Counted from the stretch's first letter, positions 9,051-20,016 are shown. The stretch: 64,000 nt of DNA from an uncultured Methanolobus sp. (GCA_963675495.1 OY776215.1:2656001-2720000); one strand, 5' to 3'. The notes: generated from the sequence alone by a model not told the origin. A program made the numbers and translations.

Positions 9051-12000
9051 ATGAAAATACCATCACAATATTTTCACATTAACAAGATTCACAGATTAAA
9101 ATTCAAACACATCATTCTGAACATATCAATATTATTGCTGATTTGCATGTTCCTCAGCGTACCTGCATCAGCCGTTTTATCCGTTGTTCCTTACTCCGGC
9201 GGCAGTGGTACAAGCGGAGACCCATATCTGCTATCATCTGACAGTGATATTTATGCATTATCCTTAACTTCTGCTGACTGGGATAAGTACTTCGTACTGA
9301 CCCAGAACATCACGCTTGTGGGCAATCACATTCCAATTGGTGATGGCAGCACTCAGTTCACAGGTAACTTTAACGGAAGCGGATTCGCAGTTAAGAACCT
9401 GACCGTTAATCAGACCACTGACTATGCCGGATTCTTTGGTAAAACGGGTTCCGGTGCTAACATTCATGATATTGGTGTAGAGGCAAGCTCAGATGGTGTT
9501 GTTTCAACAGGAGTCCGTGTCGGTGTTCTTGTTGGGTTTAATTATCATGGTGCTGTGAGCAACTGTTTTGCCACTGGTAATGCAACTGGTAGTCGTTATG
9601 TCGGCGGTCTTGTTGGGTTTAATCATCATGGCGCTGTGAGCAACAGTTTTGCCACTGGTAATGTCGCAGGTTCTAGTAGTTCTGTGGGCGGTCTTGTAGG
9701 CTATAATGATGACACTGTGAGCAACTGTTTTGCCACTGGTAATGTCACAGGTTCTGGTAATTATGTCGGCGGTCTTGTAGGCTTTAATAATGACACTGTG
9801 AGCAACAGTTATGCCACTGGCAATGTCACAGGTTCTGGCAATGTTACCAGTACTGGTTCTGTGGGCGGTCTTGTAGGCTATAATGTTGACACTGTGAACA
9901 ACAGTTTTGCCACCGGTACTGTCTTCGGTAGTTATTATGTCGGCGGTCTTGTAGGCTATAATGTTGACACTGTGAGCAACAGTTTTGCCACCGGTACTGC
10001 CTCCGGTAGTAGTTCTGTGGGCGGTCTTGTCGGGAGGAATACTGGCACTGTGAACAACAGTTACTATTCTGGCAGTCCGACTGATGCTGCCGGTACTTCT
10101 ACTTCCTATGACAACTTCACCAGTTTCACATTCGTTTCGGGAAGCCCGGGGCTGAACTGGAATTCAGGCGGCAACATCATCACAACGGAAGATAATTCAA
10201 GTGTCATATGGAAAATAGACGATGGCTCCAGTCTTCCGTACTTCCAGTGTCAGGATGCAACAACTGGCCCCTACTCCGGCGGTAGTGGTACGGTCGATGA
10301 CCCGTATCTGCTATCATCTGACAGTGATATTGATACATTGTCCATCACTTCTGCTGACTGGGACAAGTACTTCGTACTGACCCAGAACATCACACTTGTG
10401 GGTAATCACACGCCAATTGGTAATGGTAGCACCCAGTTCATAGGTAACTTTAACGGAAGCGGGTTTGCAGTAAAGAACCTGACCGTTTATCAGACAACTG
10501 ACTATGCAGGATTCTTTGGCTATGCAGGTTCTGGTGCTAACATCCTTGATCTTGGAGTAGAGACAAGCTCGGAAGGTGTTTTTTCAACTAGTAACTATGC
10601 CGGCGGTCTTGTCGGACGTAATTCTGGCACTGTGAGTAACAGTTATGCCACAGGTATTGCCACTGGTTATTCTTCTGTCGGCGTTCTTGCCGGGTATAAT
10701 TACCAGGGAACTGTGACCAACAGTTTTGCCATTGGTAATGCTACTGGTAATGCTACTGGTAGTAGTTCTGTCGGTGGTCTTATCGGGAATAATTACCAGG
10801 GCACTGTGACCAATAGTAATGCTAGCGGCAATGCTACAGGTAATAATCATGTCGGCGGTCTTGTCGGGTATAGTTACCAGGGTACTGTGACCAATAGTTA
10901 TGCTAGCAGCAATGCTACAGGTAATGATTATGTCGGCGGTCTTGTTGGGTGGAATTACAAGGGTACTGTGACCAATAGTTATGCTAGCGGCAATGCTACA
11001 GGTAATAATCATGTCGGTGGTCTTGTCGGGGATAATTCTGGTACAGTGAGTAGCAGTTATGCCACAGGTATTGCCACTGGTGTCAGCTGGGTAGGCGGTC
11101 TTGTCGGATATAATAGTCTTACTGTGAGCAACAGTTTTGCCACAGGCAATGCAATTGGTAGTAGTAATGTCGGTGGTCTTATCGGGTTTAATTGGGCTAC
11201 AGTGAGCAATAGTTTTGCCACTGGCAATGCTGCTGGTGTTGACCGTGTTGGCGGTCTTGTCGGGTATAATCGGGGTACTGTAATCAACAGTTATGCCACT
11301 GGTAATGTTACTGGTAGTAGTTCTGTCGGTGGTCTTGTCGGGTATAATTATGTTACTGTGCTCAACTGTTTTGCCACTGGCAATGCCATTGGTAGTAGTA
11401 ATATCGGCGGTCTTGTCGGGTATAATGATGGTACTGTAAGCAGCACTAGTTATTATTCCGGCAGTCCGGCTACTGGTGCTGGCACTTCTACTTCCTTTGC
11501 CAATTTCACCCGTTTCACATTCGTTTCAGAAAGTTCAGGTCTTAACTGGAATGCAAATGGCAATAATATCACAACAGTCGACGATTCTGACTTTATATGG
11601 AAGATTGTGGACGGCTATACTCATCCATACTTCCAGTATCAGGATCTGCCGTCACCGCTTGCACCATACGTAGAGACCATATCCCGGAGCAGTGGAATCA
11701 ATAACAGTGCAGGAAGTACATCATTCTGGTTGAACGTTACAGGAAGCTGCTTTAACATTACAGATCCTGTCGGTGTAAACCTTACAATGAACGGTCAAAC
11801 TCCGATAAACGGAACAATTGACAGCATCACTCACACCACGATCAATGCTACATTCAACCTGACACAGGCTATTGCCGGTGACTGGTCACTGTATGTCATA
11901 AACCCTGACGGACAGACCTCAACAGCGAAGACATTTGCAGTTGGATCACTTTTCATGTCGGGAACTCCTGAAAGTTTCATAAACTCCACCGGCAATTCAT

Positions 12001-13451
12001 GGGTAAACCATAGCTGGAATGCAGGTGTTGGAGATATCACCGATTCCTATAACGTAAGCTATAACGGAAACTGGCAGAACGGTACGGCAAACAGTTTCAA
12101 TCATACCGGACTTTCTGCCCATGCATGGTCCAACATCACTGTCTATGCATACAATGCCACGGATTCCACACTTTCAGCAGGAGCCAGTGACAACGTCCGG
12201 ATACCAAACAACACTATCGCCATCCTCAATGTAACGGACATCACTGTCAGCGAAGGAGAAAATGTCACCTTTGACATCAACTTCACAGATGCAGACGGCG
12301 ATACACCGACATTTGACTGCAACAGGAGTTCCCTGTTCGACAGCTTCAACACCAGCACCGGTGAAGGTGTATGGACGACAGATATCAGTGATGCAGGAAG
12401 CTACTACATTAAGTTCAACGTAAGTGACGGTTATGGTTCGTTTGATTCTCAGGTAATGCACATCATCATAAACGACACCATTATCCCGGTTGCCAATTTC
12501 AGTGCAAACACTGTAACAGGGTATGCTCCGCTAAGTGTACAATTCACAGATAACTCCAGCAATATCCCAGCAGCCTGGTTCTGGGACTTTGGTGACGGAA
12601 CGAACTCCACTGAGCAGAATCCTGTTATTCATACCTACAATGTTGCAGGTATCTATAATGTAAGTCTGAACGCAAGCAACTTTGCTGGAAGCAACCTCAG
12701 CAGTAACCTGAGCATCACCGTGACAACAGCACCAAGTTCAGGATCATCCGGTTCCGGTGGTGGAAGTGGAAACTCCGGAAAGTTATCCATCCGTGAGGTG
12801 GATGGATTGGATGAACCTGAAGATAGTATCAGTGAAGATAACACAGAAGGAAAAAGCACAGAAAATATTGGTTCAGTAAGTTTTGAAACAGATACTGGCG
12901 GTGAAACTCTAGGTGATATTACGGCTTGGTCAAGTGAAAAGACCGCACGTCTCAGCGTTAGTGCCGGTACAAAGGTCACTGATGCGTCAGGTGGATCTGT
13001 TCACAGTATTAGAATACGGGATATCCCGGCATCTGCTGTTCCGGCAGCAACTGGTGTTCCTGATATGGATAGTGCGATTACCTTGCAGTCTTATGAGTGT
13101 ACACCTGACGGAACAACATTCTCTCCGGCCATTCAACTGACATTTGAACTGAGCGAGGAAGAATGGGAACAATACGGAGAAAGTGCAAAGGTCGGCTGGT
13201 ACAATGATGACACCGGTCAGTGGGAAATCATCCAGGGGACGGCAGATGCCAGTGCAAGGACCATTAGCATTCAGGTCTCACACTTCAGTAAATATGCTCT
13301 CTTCGGAGCTGATACCAGTGAACCTGTGACAGAAACACAGGATGCAGAGACACAGAGCGGTATGTCCATGTCCTGGCTGTGGATGCTTTTGCTTCTGGCA
13401 ATTGTCGGAGGAGCCGGGTATTATGTTACACAGGTAAAGAAAAAGGAGTAA
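9051..13451 (+). CDS. Large cell-surface protein: two GLUG-repeat modules, Ig-like domains, PKD domain, C-terminal TM anchor
   Basis: Signal peptide; many VGGLVGYN repeats; WDFGDG PKD motif; C-terminal hydrophobic helix plus KKKE. Confidence 0.92.
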   Translation: MKIPSQYFHINKIHRLKFKHIILNISILLLICMFLSVPASAVLSVVPYSGGSGTSGDPYLLSSDSDIYALSLTSADWDKYFVLTQNITLVGNHIPIGDGSTQFTGNFNGSGFAVKNLTVNQTTDYAGFFGKTGSGANIHDIGVEASSDGVVSTGVRVGVLVGFNYHGAVSNCFATGNATGSRYVGGLVGFNHHGAVSNSFATGNVAGSSSSVGGLVGYNDDTVSNCFATGNVTGSGNYVGGLVGFNNDTVSNSYATGNVTGSGNVTSTGSVGGLVGYNVDTVNNSFATGTVFGSYYVGGLVGYNVDTVSNSFATGTASGSSSVGGLVGRNTGTVNNSYYSGSPTDAAGTSTSYDNFTSFTFVSGSPGLNWNSGGNIITTEDNSSVIWKIDDGSSLPYFQCQDATTGPYSGGSGTVDDPYLLSSDSDIDTLSITSADWDKYFVLTQNITLVGNHTPIGNGSTQFIGNFNGSGFAVKNLTVYQTTDYAGFFGYAGSGANILDLGVETSSEGVFSTSNYAGGLVGRNSGTVSNSYATGIATGYSSVGVLAGYNYQGTVTNSFAIGNATGNATGSSSVGGLIGNNYQGTVTNSNASGNATGNNHVGGLVGYSYQGTVTNSYASSNATGNDYVGGLVGWNYKGTVTNSYASGNATGNNHVGGLVGDNSGTVSSSYATGIATGVSWVGGLVGYNSLTVSNSFATGNAIGSSNVGGLIGFNWATVSNSFATGNAAGVDRVGGLVGYNRGTVINSYATGNVTGSSSVGGLVGYNYVTVLNCFATGNAIGSSNIGGLVGYNDGTVSSTSYYSGSPATGAGTSTSFANFTRFTFVSESSGLNWNANGNNITTVDDSDFIWKIVDGYTHPYFQYQDLPSPLAPYVETISRSSGINNSAGSTSFWLNVTGSCFNITDPVGVNLTMNGQTPINGTIDSITHTTINATFNLTQAIAGDWSLYVINPDGQTSTAKTFAVGSLFMSGTPESFINSTGNSWVNHSWNAGVGDITDSYNVSYNGNWQNGTANSFNHTGLSAHAWSNITVYAYNATDSTLSAGASDNVRIPNNTIAILNVTDITVSEGENVTFDINFTDADGDTPTFDCNRSSLFDSFNTSTGEGVWTTDISDAGSYYIKFNVSDGYGSFDSQVMHIIINDTIIPVANFSANTVTGYAPLSVQFTDNSSNIPAAWFWDFGDGTNSTEQNPVIHTYNVAGIYNVSLNASNFAGSNLSSNLSITVTTAPSSGSSGSGGGSGNSGKLSIREVDGLDEPEDSISEDNTEGKSTENIGSVSFETDTGGETLGDITAWSSEKTARLSVSAGTKVTDASGGSVHSIRIRDIPASAVPAATGVPDMDSAITLQSYECTPDGTTFSPAIQLTFELSEEEWEQYGESAKVGWYNDDTGQWEIIQGTADASARTISIQVSHFSKYALFGADTSEPVTETQDAETQSGMSMSWLWMLLLLAIVGGAGYYVTQVKKKE
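9192..11646 (+). repeat. Internal duplication of the GLUG module (9192-10257 and 10272-11646), each with tandem GLUG units
   Basis: Both modules begin TACTCCGGCGG(C/T)AGTGGTAC...TATCTGCTATCATCTGACAGTGATATT and end TTCCAGT(G/A)TCAGGAT. Confidence 0.9.
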
Positions 13452-13626
13452 TGCCGTAATCGTCGGCATTTTTTATTTTTTATTTTGATGTGTTTTTTGC
13501 AGGTTCTATGGATAACGTATCAGAAAATTAATACATATAGGTAGAATGCTTCAATCTAATACTCACATTAGAAACCGCTATTTCAGCACAAAACGTTAAT
13601 CTATATAAGTTCTAAATATAGTTCCA

Positions 13627-14373
13627 ATGGATAGTATCATCTCAATAAATGGTCTTTCAAAGAGCTTTGGTCATAGAAAGGCACTGAAGGATATTCACCT
13701 TGAGATTCGAAAAGGTGAATTTGTTGTCATATTTGGTCCAAACGGTGCGGGGAAGACCACTCTTTTTAAGGTGATATCCACAATTATTGAACCTACCAGG
13801 GGAAATGTGCTGATAAGTGGGATTGACAACAAAAAAGACCCTTCTAAAATTAGGGGGATGATGGGCGCTATTTCCCACGAAACATATCTCTATGATGAGC
13901 TTACAGCAAGGGAAAATCTGGTTTTTTTCTCACGTATGTACGGTGTTGAAAAAAGCATTATTGATGAAAGGGTTGACGAGATTCTAAAGAATGTCAACCT
14001 CCTCCAGCGTGCTGACGAGAGAGCCGGGTCATTTTCACGGGGAATGAAACAGAGACTTTCAATTGCAAGAGCACTGTTACATCGTCCTGAGATTCTGCTA
14101 ATGGATGAACCCTACACCGGCCTTGACCAGCATGCAGCTGCAAATTTTGAACGTGTCCTCATGAATACTGGCAATTCGGATGTAACCCGGATAATGATAA
14201 CCCATAACATTGAGAGGGCTTTTGAGCTATGTGATCGCATGCTCATTATGGACAGGGGAGAGCTACGTTTCGATAAACAAAAAAAAGATGTTGCAAGTGT
14301 AGAAGAGTTCAGGAAAGCATACCTTTCCATAGTGGAAAAGGATACGGACTTCGAGGGTAACAGCAACTTTTAG
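13627..14373 (+). CDS. ccmA: Heme exporter ATP-binding subunit CcmA
   Basis: GPNGAGKTT, FSRGMKQRL, LLMDEPYTGLD; lies upstream of ccmB and ccmC. Confidence 0.88.
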   Translation: MDSIISINGLSKSFGHRKALKDIHLEIRKGEFVVIFGPNGAGKTTLFKVISTIIEPTRGNVLISGIDNKKDPSKIRGMMGAISHETYLYDELTARENLVFFSRMYGVEKSIIDERVDEILKNVNLLQRADERAGSFSRGMKQRLSIARALLHRPEILLMDEPYTGLDQHAAANFERVLMNTGNSDVTRIMITHNIERAFELCDRMLIMDRGELRFDKQKKDVASVEEFRKAYLSIVEKDTDFEGNSNF

Positions 14374-14395
14374 GACAGCATAATTGGTGGAATAG

Positions 14396-15070
14396 ATGAT
14401 GAAAAGCCTCTACATTGCAGCAAAAGACCTGAAGTCAGAGTTTCGCACAAAGCAGATGCTCAATTCCATGCTTATATTCTCATTGGTAGTCATTGTTATC
14501 TTCAGTATCTCATTTGGTGACCTCCTCAGCCAGCCGGAAATCGTTGTAAAACTTGCTCCGGGTGTGCTCTGGATAGCTTTCACCTTTGCAGGCACTCTGG
14601 GACTTTCACGTTCCTTTGCAGGTGAGATGGAAAACGGATGCCTTGAAGGTTTGAAACTCTCACCCATTGACAGAAGCTCGATCTACATCGGGAAAACAAT
14701 ATCAAATGCAGTACTCATGTTTATAGTGGAATTGATTACAATTCCAATTTTTATTGTGCTTTTCAACTACAATATAACAGGAATCATCGGACTTGTAATA
14801 GTTATCTTCCTGGGAACCTTCGGTTTTGTAAGTGTGGGTACTCTGCTCTCAGCACTCTCAACTAGCACAAGAGCAAGGGAAATCATGCTCCCGGTGCTTT
14901 TGCTTCCGCTTATCATCCCGGTCTTAATTCCTGCGGTAATGGCAACCGGAAAGGTACTTGTGGATGGGGATATTGGAAATATAGGTTCGGAACTGCGATT
15001 GCTGCTGGTATATGATCTCATCTTCTTTGTTGCTGGTCAGCTTGTGTTTGAATATACTATAATGGACTGA
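14396..15070 (+). CDS. ccmB: Heme exporter permease CcmB
   Basis: KDLKSEFR, APGVLW, ENGCLEGL and LLLPLIIPVLI motifs. Confidence 0.9.
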   Translation: MMKSLYIAAKDLKSEFRTKQMLNSMLIFSLVVIVIFSISFGDLLSQPEIVVKLAPGVLWIAFTFAGTLGLSRSFAGEMENGCLEGLKLSPIDRSSIYIGKTISNAVLMFIVELITIPIFIVLFNYNITGIIGLVIVIFLGTFGFVSVGTLLSALSTSTRAREIMLPVLLLPLIIPVLIPAVMATGKVLVDGDIGNIGSELRLLLVYDLIFFVAGQLVFEYTIMD

Positions 15071-15148
15071 AATTAGCAGGTCAGACTGGAATACGGGATT
15101 TATGAAAAGCATTTAAACCAGGAGTTTTAATAAGGCAGAGGAACAATC

Positions 15149-15859
15149 ATGCTCATCGACAGGAAAAAAGAGAGAATAATTGCAGCAATCACATTCCCTG
15201 TTATGCTAATTGCCATATGGATGGTCTTTTTTTATGTGCCCCAGATGAAAGGAAATGCCGGTGAGGTACTTGACAGTAGTTTTAAGATATTCTATTTCCA
15301 CCTGCCAATAGCAATGGTGGCATACCTGTCATTCACAGTGGTTTTTATTGCCAGTATAATGCAACTTAGGGGAAACAGCAGAAAATGGGACATTGTTGCT
15401 CACTCCGCCGCAGAAGTGGGAGTTGTGTTTGCTTTCCTCGTACTTGCAACGGGGTCCATATGGGCAAAAGCCACATGGGGATGGTACTGGGTTTGGGAAC
15501 CTCGGCTCACTACATCTCTTGCCCTCTTTCTCGTTTATCTTGCCTACCTGATGCTTCGGCAGGCACTTGAAGAACCTGAGAAGAGAGCACGTCTTGCAGC
15601 TGTCTTTGGAATTGTGGGTTTTCTCTCTGTTCCGCTTAGTTTCTTCTCAATAAGGCTGTGGCGTTCAGCTCACCCCCTTATGTTCGGTGGCTCCTCCTAT
15701 GGAGACAGTGGCGGAGGGCTTGAAGGCACTTCATTGCGTCTAGCGCTTCTGGTCAACATGCTGGCCTTTGCGCTGTTATTTGCATCAATGCTTATCTACC
15801 GGGTTAACAACGAAGCCCTAAAGGAAGAGCTGGATGAAGCAAAGTATAAGTCTGCATGA
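15149..15859 (+). CDS. ccmC: Cytochrome c biogenesis protein CcmC
   Basis: IFYFHLP, TGSIWAKATWGWYWVWEPRLT (WWD-type motif), RSAHP. Confidence 0.93.
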   Translation: MLIDRKKERIIAAITFPVMLIAIWMVFFYVPQMKGNAGEVLDSSFKIFYFHLPIAMVAYLSFTVVFIASIMQLRGNSRKWDIVAHSAAEVGVVFAFLVLATGSIWAKATWGWYWVWEPRLTTSLALFLVYLAYLMLRQALEEPEKRARLAAVFGIVGFLSVPLSFFSIRLWRSAHPLMFGGSSYGDSGGGLEGTSLRLALLVNMLAFALLFASMLIYRVNNEALKEELDEAKYKSA

Positions 15860-15901
15860 GGCTAAGAAAAGCATATAAGCCACTGGCATCAATATTCCTG
15901 T

Positions 15902-16993
15902 ATGTTGTTCGAATCGATAGAACTTGGGAATATGGATGTTCCAAATCGTTTTGTACGCTCGGCTACCCATGAGTGGATGGCAGAACCTGATGGCACACCA
16001 ACTGAAAGACTGGGTGAGCTCTACGAAGAACTTGCACGCAATGATGTCGGGCTTATCATAACAGGATATGCATACGTCAATCCTAAAGGTAAAAGTGACC
16101 GCCTTCAGCAAGGAATCTACGATGACAGGTTCATAGAACCTTACAGGAAAATGGTTTCCAGGGTTCATGAGCATGGGGGCAAGATCGTAGTTCAGATAGT
16201 TCACGGTGGCAGGCAGACCATGTTAAGCGCCGAAACTCCAATTATACTTGCACCATCAGCCGTTACAAATAAAAGAAACGGTATAACTCCCGAGGAAATG
16301 ACCGAAGAAGAAGTCCTTGAGACAATAGAGGACTTTGCCAATGCTGCAAGAAGGGCAAAGGAAGCAGGTTTTGATGGTGTGCAATTGCACTGCGCTCACG
16401 GTTTTTTGCTCAGCAATTTTATTTCTCCCTACACAAACAGACGCAAGGACAGGTGGGGTGGTTCAACAGAAAAGAGGACACAGGTAATCCTGGATATCAT
16501 TACGAGGATACATGAGATGATCGGTAATGATTTTCCGATCCTTGTCAAATTGAATGCTACTGATGGATTCCCGAAAGGCAAGAAAAACGTCCTCGATGCT
16601 CCTGAATGTGTTGAGATAGCAAAGATACTGGCTGCAAATGGTGTGTGTGCCATTGAGGTCAGTGGCGGTATTGTTGAAGCCGGGCAGGAGATGTTCAGGA
16701 CAAAAGTAGACAGACCTGAAGACGAGGCATATTACAGGGACTACTCGAAAATGATAAGAGAAGCTGTTGATGTGCCTGTTATAGTGGTAGGTGGCATACG
16801 TTCCAAGGCTGTTATGGAGCAGATGCTTGCAGAAGGGTATGCGGATATGGTATCCCTGTGCAGGCCGCTCATATGTGAACCTGACCTTGTTGCAAAAATA
16901 AGGGATGGTGACACAGAGGTTGTGAAATGCGTATCCTGCAACCTGTGCTCTGATGAGAGAGGCATAAAATGTAATTATGATTTCGGCAACTGA
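15902..16993 (+). CDS. NADH:flavin oxidoreductase (old yellow enzyme family)
   Basis: NRFVRSATHE, AGFDGVQLHCAHGFLL, NRRKDRWGGS; C-terminal CVSCNLC. Confidence 0.92.
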   Translation: MLFESIELGNMDVPNRFVRSATHEWMAEPDGTPTERLGELYEELARNDVGLIITGYAYVNPKGKSDRLQQGIYDDRFIEPYRKMVSRVHEHGGKIVVQIVHGGRQTMLSAETPIILAPSAVTNKRNGITPEEMTEEEVLETIEDFANAARRAKEAGFDGVQLHCAHGFLLSNFISPYTNRRKDRWGGSTEKRTQVILDIITRIHEMIGNDFPILVKLNATDGFPKGKKNVLDAPECVEIAKILAANGVCAIEVSGGIVEAGQEMFRTKVDRPEDEAYYRDYSKMIREAVDVPVIVVGGIRSKAVMEQMLAEGYADMVSLCRPLICEPDLVAKIRDGDTEVVKCVSCNLCSDERGIKCNYDFGN

Positions 16994-17649
16994 AGACAGT
17001 TGTATGAGGGGTCAAGCTTTCGCAGGAACTCTACCAGGTGTATGTGGTCTTTTATGACCATATCCGCCTGTTGGAATTTTTCAGGGCCAAGGTAGGTTGG
17101 TATTGCTACACAACACAAGCCTGCCTTTTTCGCAGCCTCCACACCCATGGGGGCATTTTCTATTACAATACCTTCATGACTGGAAATACCAAGCATTTCC
17201 ACCGCTTTGAGGTATGGGTCTGGTTCAGGTTTTCCACGTTCAACATCATCGGCAGTTACAATTCCCTTAAATGTTCCGGGGTACTGGGAACTGATAATAT
17301 CATTAACAATTGGTTTGTCTGAACCCGACACAACAGCAAGGTCAAATTTCTCCTTCAGGTCAGTAAGGCATTCCTGCATGCCGTCAAAGACCTTAAGCTC
17401 CACTATCCTGTTAAACTCGGAAATATATCTCTCAACAATATCTGATATGTCATAATTTGATGCATTACCAGTTCCCTTATCGAGCAGGAATGCAACGATG
17501 TCCACGGTTCTTTCTCCTTCTCTTTCAAAGATATCCTGTTGATCCATTTCCACACCTATCTCATCGAAGATATTATTCACAGCTTGTGCGTGATAGGACA
17601 TCGAATCAACAAGCACACCATCCATATCGAATATTATTGCCTTTAACAA
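16975..17649 (-). CDS. HAD-superfamily phosphatase
   Basis: FDMDGVLVDS, GKPEPDPY, IENAPMG; TTG start after a GGTGA RBS. Confidence 0.9.
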   Translation of the reverse strand: MLKAIIFDMDGVLVDSMSYHAQAVNNIFDEIGVEMDQQDIFEREGERTVDIVAFLLDKGTGNASNYDISDIVERYISEFNRIVELKVFDGMQECLTDLKEKFDLAVVSGSDKPIVNDIISSQYPGTFKGIVTADDVERGKPEPDPYLKAVEMLGISSHEGIVIENAPMGVEAAKKAGLCCVAIPTYLGPEKFQQADMVIKDHIHLVEFLRKLDPSYNCLQLPKS

Positions 17650-17684
17650 ATCATCACCACTAGGAGGAAGCATCGTTTCGCATT

Positions 17685-18605
17685 CTATAAACCATTTTTG
17701 TCTTTTCTGGATGACCAGTATGTGGCAAGGGCGGAGCCCATGATGTTATGCCATATGCTGAATAAAGCCCCCGGAAGAGCTGCTAGTGGAGAGAAATACT
17801 TAGCAGCAAGAGCCACACTCAATCCTGAATTCTGCATTCCGACCTCAATTGCCAGGGTTCTTGCATCCTTTTCATCGAGTCCCAGTGCTTTTGAAAGGAA
17901 ATAACCGCTTGCAAATCCAAATCCATTGTGGAGGATGACTGCAATAATTACAAGTTTTCCGGCAACAAGGATGTTATCTTTATTCAGGGCAATGATAATA
18001 GCAATGATAAACACTATTGTGGCTACTGACAGTGCCGGGAAAGCATGTCTGAATCTTTCAATATGTTTATCGAAGAGTGTGCTCACGATGACACCAAGCG
18101 CTACCGGGACAAGTACTATCTTTACAATGCTTAGCATCATGCTCCCGACTTCCACAGGTACTGCCTGTCCGATATAAAGCCATGTAAGTGCAGGTGTCAG
18201 GAAGAAAGCCAGTAGTGTGGAAACAGATGTAAGTGTTATTGAAAGTGCCACATCCCCCTTTGCAAGATAACAGATGACATTTGAAGCTGTACCTCCGGGA
18301 CAGGATCCCAACAGTACCATTCCTGCCATTATCTCAATGGGAAGGTTGAGCAGATAAGAAAGGATGAAGGCAATGAGTGGCATGAGTATGTATTGCATGG
18401 CAGTTCCAAGGGCTATAACACGAGGTCTTTTGAGCACAAGTAGAAAATCGTTTGCTGAAAGTGTAATTCCCATTCCAAACATTACAATTCCAAGCAGGGG
18501 AGTTATGGCATTTTTATAAGGGGAAAATACAGATGGGTAGGCAAAGGCTATTATTGAGAAAATAATTGCCCACAGGGGGAAAAGAGAGTTGAATCTTTTA
18601 ATCAT
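17685..18605 (-). CDS. Bile acid:sodium symporter family transporter (PanS-like)
   Basis: MFGMG, CPGGTASNV and IEVGMQNSGL motifs. Confidence 0.92.
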   Translation of the reverse strand: MIKRFNSLFPLWAIIFSIIAFAYPSVFSPYKNAITPLLGIVMFGMGITLSANDFLLVLKRPRVIALGTAMQYILMPLIAFILSYLLNLPIEIMAGMVLLGSCPGGTASNVICYLAKGDVALSITLTSVSTLLAFFLTPALTWLYIGQAVPVEVGSMMLSIVKIVLVPVALGVIVSTLFDKHIERFRHAFPALSVATIVFIIAIIIALNKDNILVAGKLVIIAVILHNGFGFASGYFLSKALGLDEKDARTLAIEVGMQNSGLSVALAAKYFSPLAALPGALFSIWHNIMGSALATYWSSRKDKNGL

Positions 18606-18701
18606 TATCTGTTCCTGAAAACTGGGGTTTAAATAACTACAACTTGACCATGTAGTTTGGAACTGATAATATAAATAGTACAGTTTCTTATTACTTGAAC
18701 C

Positions 18702-19370
18702 ATGAGACTGGATGCATACCTTGTGGAAATGGGTTATTTTAAGTCAAGAGCCAGGGCAAAAACCGCCATACTCAATGGAAATGTCAAGGTAGATCGCACT
18801 ATTGTAAAAAAACCTTCCAGGGATATCAATACAAATGTTGAGGTTGATGTAGAGGAAGGGCTTGATATGCCCCGGGGTTATTTCAAGCTCAAAAATATAC
18901 AGGATGCAACAGGTCTGATCTCAGAAGGTGACAGGGTACTTGACCTTGGTTCAAGTGCCGGGGGCTTCCTGATGCTTGCATCTGAGATTGCATCTTCTGT
19001 CAAAGGTGTGGAATTCAGCAGGGATTTTAGCACGGAACTCGAAAAAGTAGCGGATGAGAAAGAAAATGTTTCCTTTATATTCGGGGATGTATTCAATATC
19101 CCTTTGCAAGAGATGTCTCGTGATAAGGTTGATGTGATACTCAGCGATATGACACTTGAACCTCTGGATTCTCTGGCAGCTCTTGAGAGGGTGTTGCCAC
19201 TGTTGAGGCATGAAGGCAAACTGCTTCAGGTGATCAAGATGGGAAAGCAGAAGAACAGCAAACCAGTTCTTGCAAAAGCAGAATCAATGGGGCTGAAAAT
19301 TATCGAGGTTCGGGAATCTGAAAAGCAGGAGATATATATAATTGCACAAAAAATGATGCAGTTAGAGTAA
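18702..19370 (+). CDS. TlyA/FtsJ-like RNA methyltransferase with S4 domain
   Basis: MRLDAYLV...SRARAK (S4); VLDLGSSAGGF; DVILSDM. Confidence 0.85.
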   Translation: MRLDAYLVEMGYFKSRARAKTAILNGNVKVDRTIVKKPSRDINTNVEVDVEEGLDMPRGYFKLKNIQDATGLISEGDRVLDLGSSAGGFLMLASEIASSVKGVEFSRDFSTELEKVADEKENVSFIFGDVFNIPLQEMSRDKVDVILSDMTLEPLDSLAALERVLPLLRHEGKLLQVIKMGKQKNSKPVLAKAESMGLKIIEVRESEKQEIYIIAQKMMQLE

Positions 19371-19413
19371 GAATTATGGATGAATTTAAGTTTAAAACAA
19401 AGATTAAATCGAG

Positions 19414-20016
19414 ATGAACATGTCGTACCGTATACTTGGAGAGGGGAAGCCTGTCAGGTTGTTTGTGGCAGGTCTGCACGGCAAAGAATGGATGGATACT
19501 TCAGATATCCTTGAGAACATAGCAGCTCCAAAGAAGGGGACTCTGGCAGTTATTCCCCTTGTGAATAAAGGCAACTATGTCTCTACACTGGATGATAGCT
19601 ATTTTACTGAAATTGGGAGGCCTATAATAGAGGCGGTTGAAGAGCTCAAACCTGAAGTTTATATTGAAATTCACTCTTACTCTGCGCAAAACCTTGGAAA
19701 ACTCACAGGTGCTGAAAGGTTGGAACAGGTAGGAGTACCGGCATTCAGCAGGCTTGATCATGATGTGCTTCTGGGTTCTGTTGCACCATACATCCGCAGA
19801 GAGTACTTTCCTCAGGATGCGCTATGCCTGACTTTTGAGATACAGAAAGGAAATGCCCTTTCAAAACAGTACGCAACAAGTCTTATAAACAGGATGAAGG
19901 AATTCACATCCAGAGATGAGTTCCTAAGCTGTATGCTTGAACGATATCCAAAACAGGCAAGGAAAGCCATTGAGGACTATAAGAACTTCTATGGCTTATC
20001 AGATGATGAAATTTAA
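19414..20016 (+). CDS. Conserved methanogen protein, DUF2119-like (Zn-exopeptidase fold)
   Basis: GLHGKEW, YVSTLD, YIEIHSY motifs. Confidence 0.75.
   Translation: MNMSYRILGEGKPVRLFVAGLHGKEWMDTSDILENIAAPKKGTLAVIPLVNKGNYVSTLDDSYFTEIGRPIIEAVEELKPEVYIEIHSYSAQNLGKLTGAERLEQVGVPAFSRLDHDVLLGSVAPYIRREYFPQDALCLTFEIQKGNALSKQYATSLINRMKEFTSRDEFLSCMLERYPKQARKAIEDYKNFYGLSDDEI

Noticed and set aside
9500-11450. GLUG repeats as a diversity-generating retroelement template/variable pair
   Set aside because: No reverse transcriptase is in the window, the differences are not obviously adenine-restricted, and the repeats are ordinary coding units.
13627-15859. ccmABC without adjacent ccmE/ccmF as an unusual system
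   Set aside because: Split ccm loci are common; the other genes may lie outside the window.
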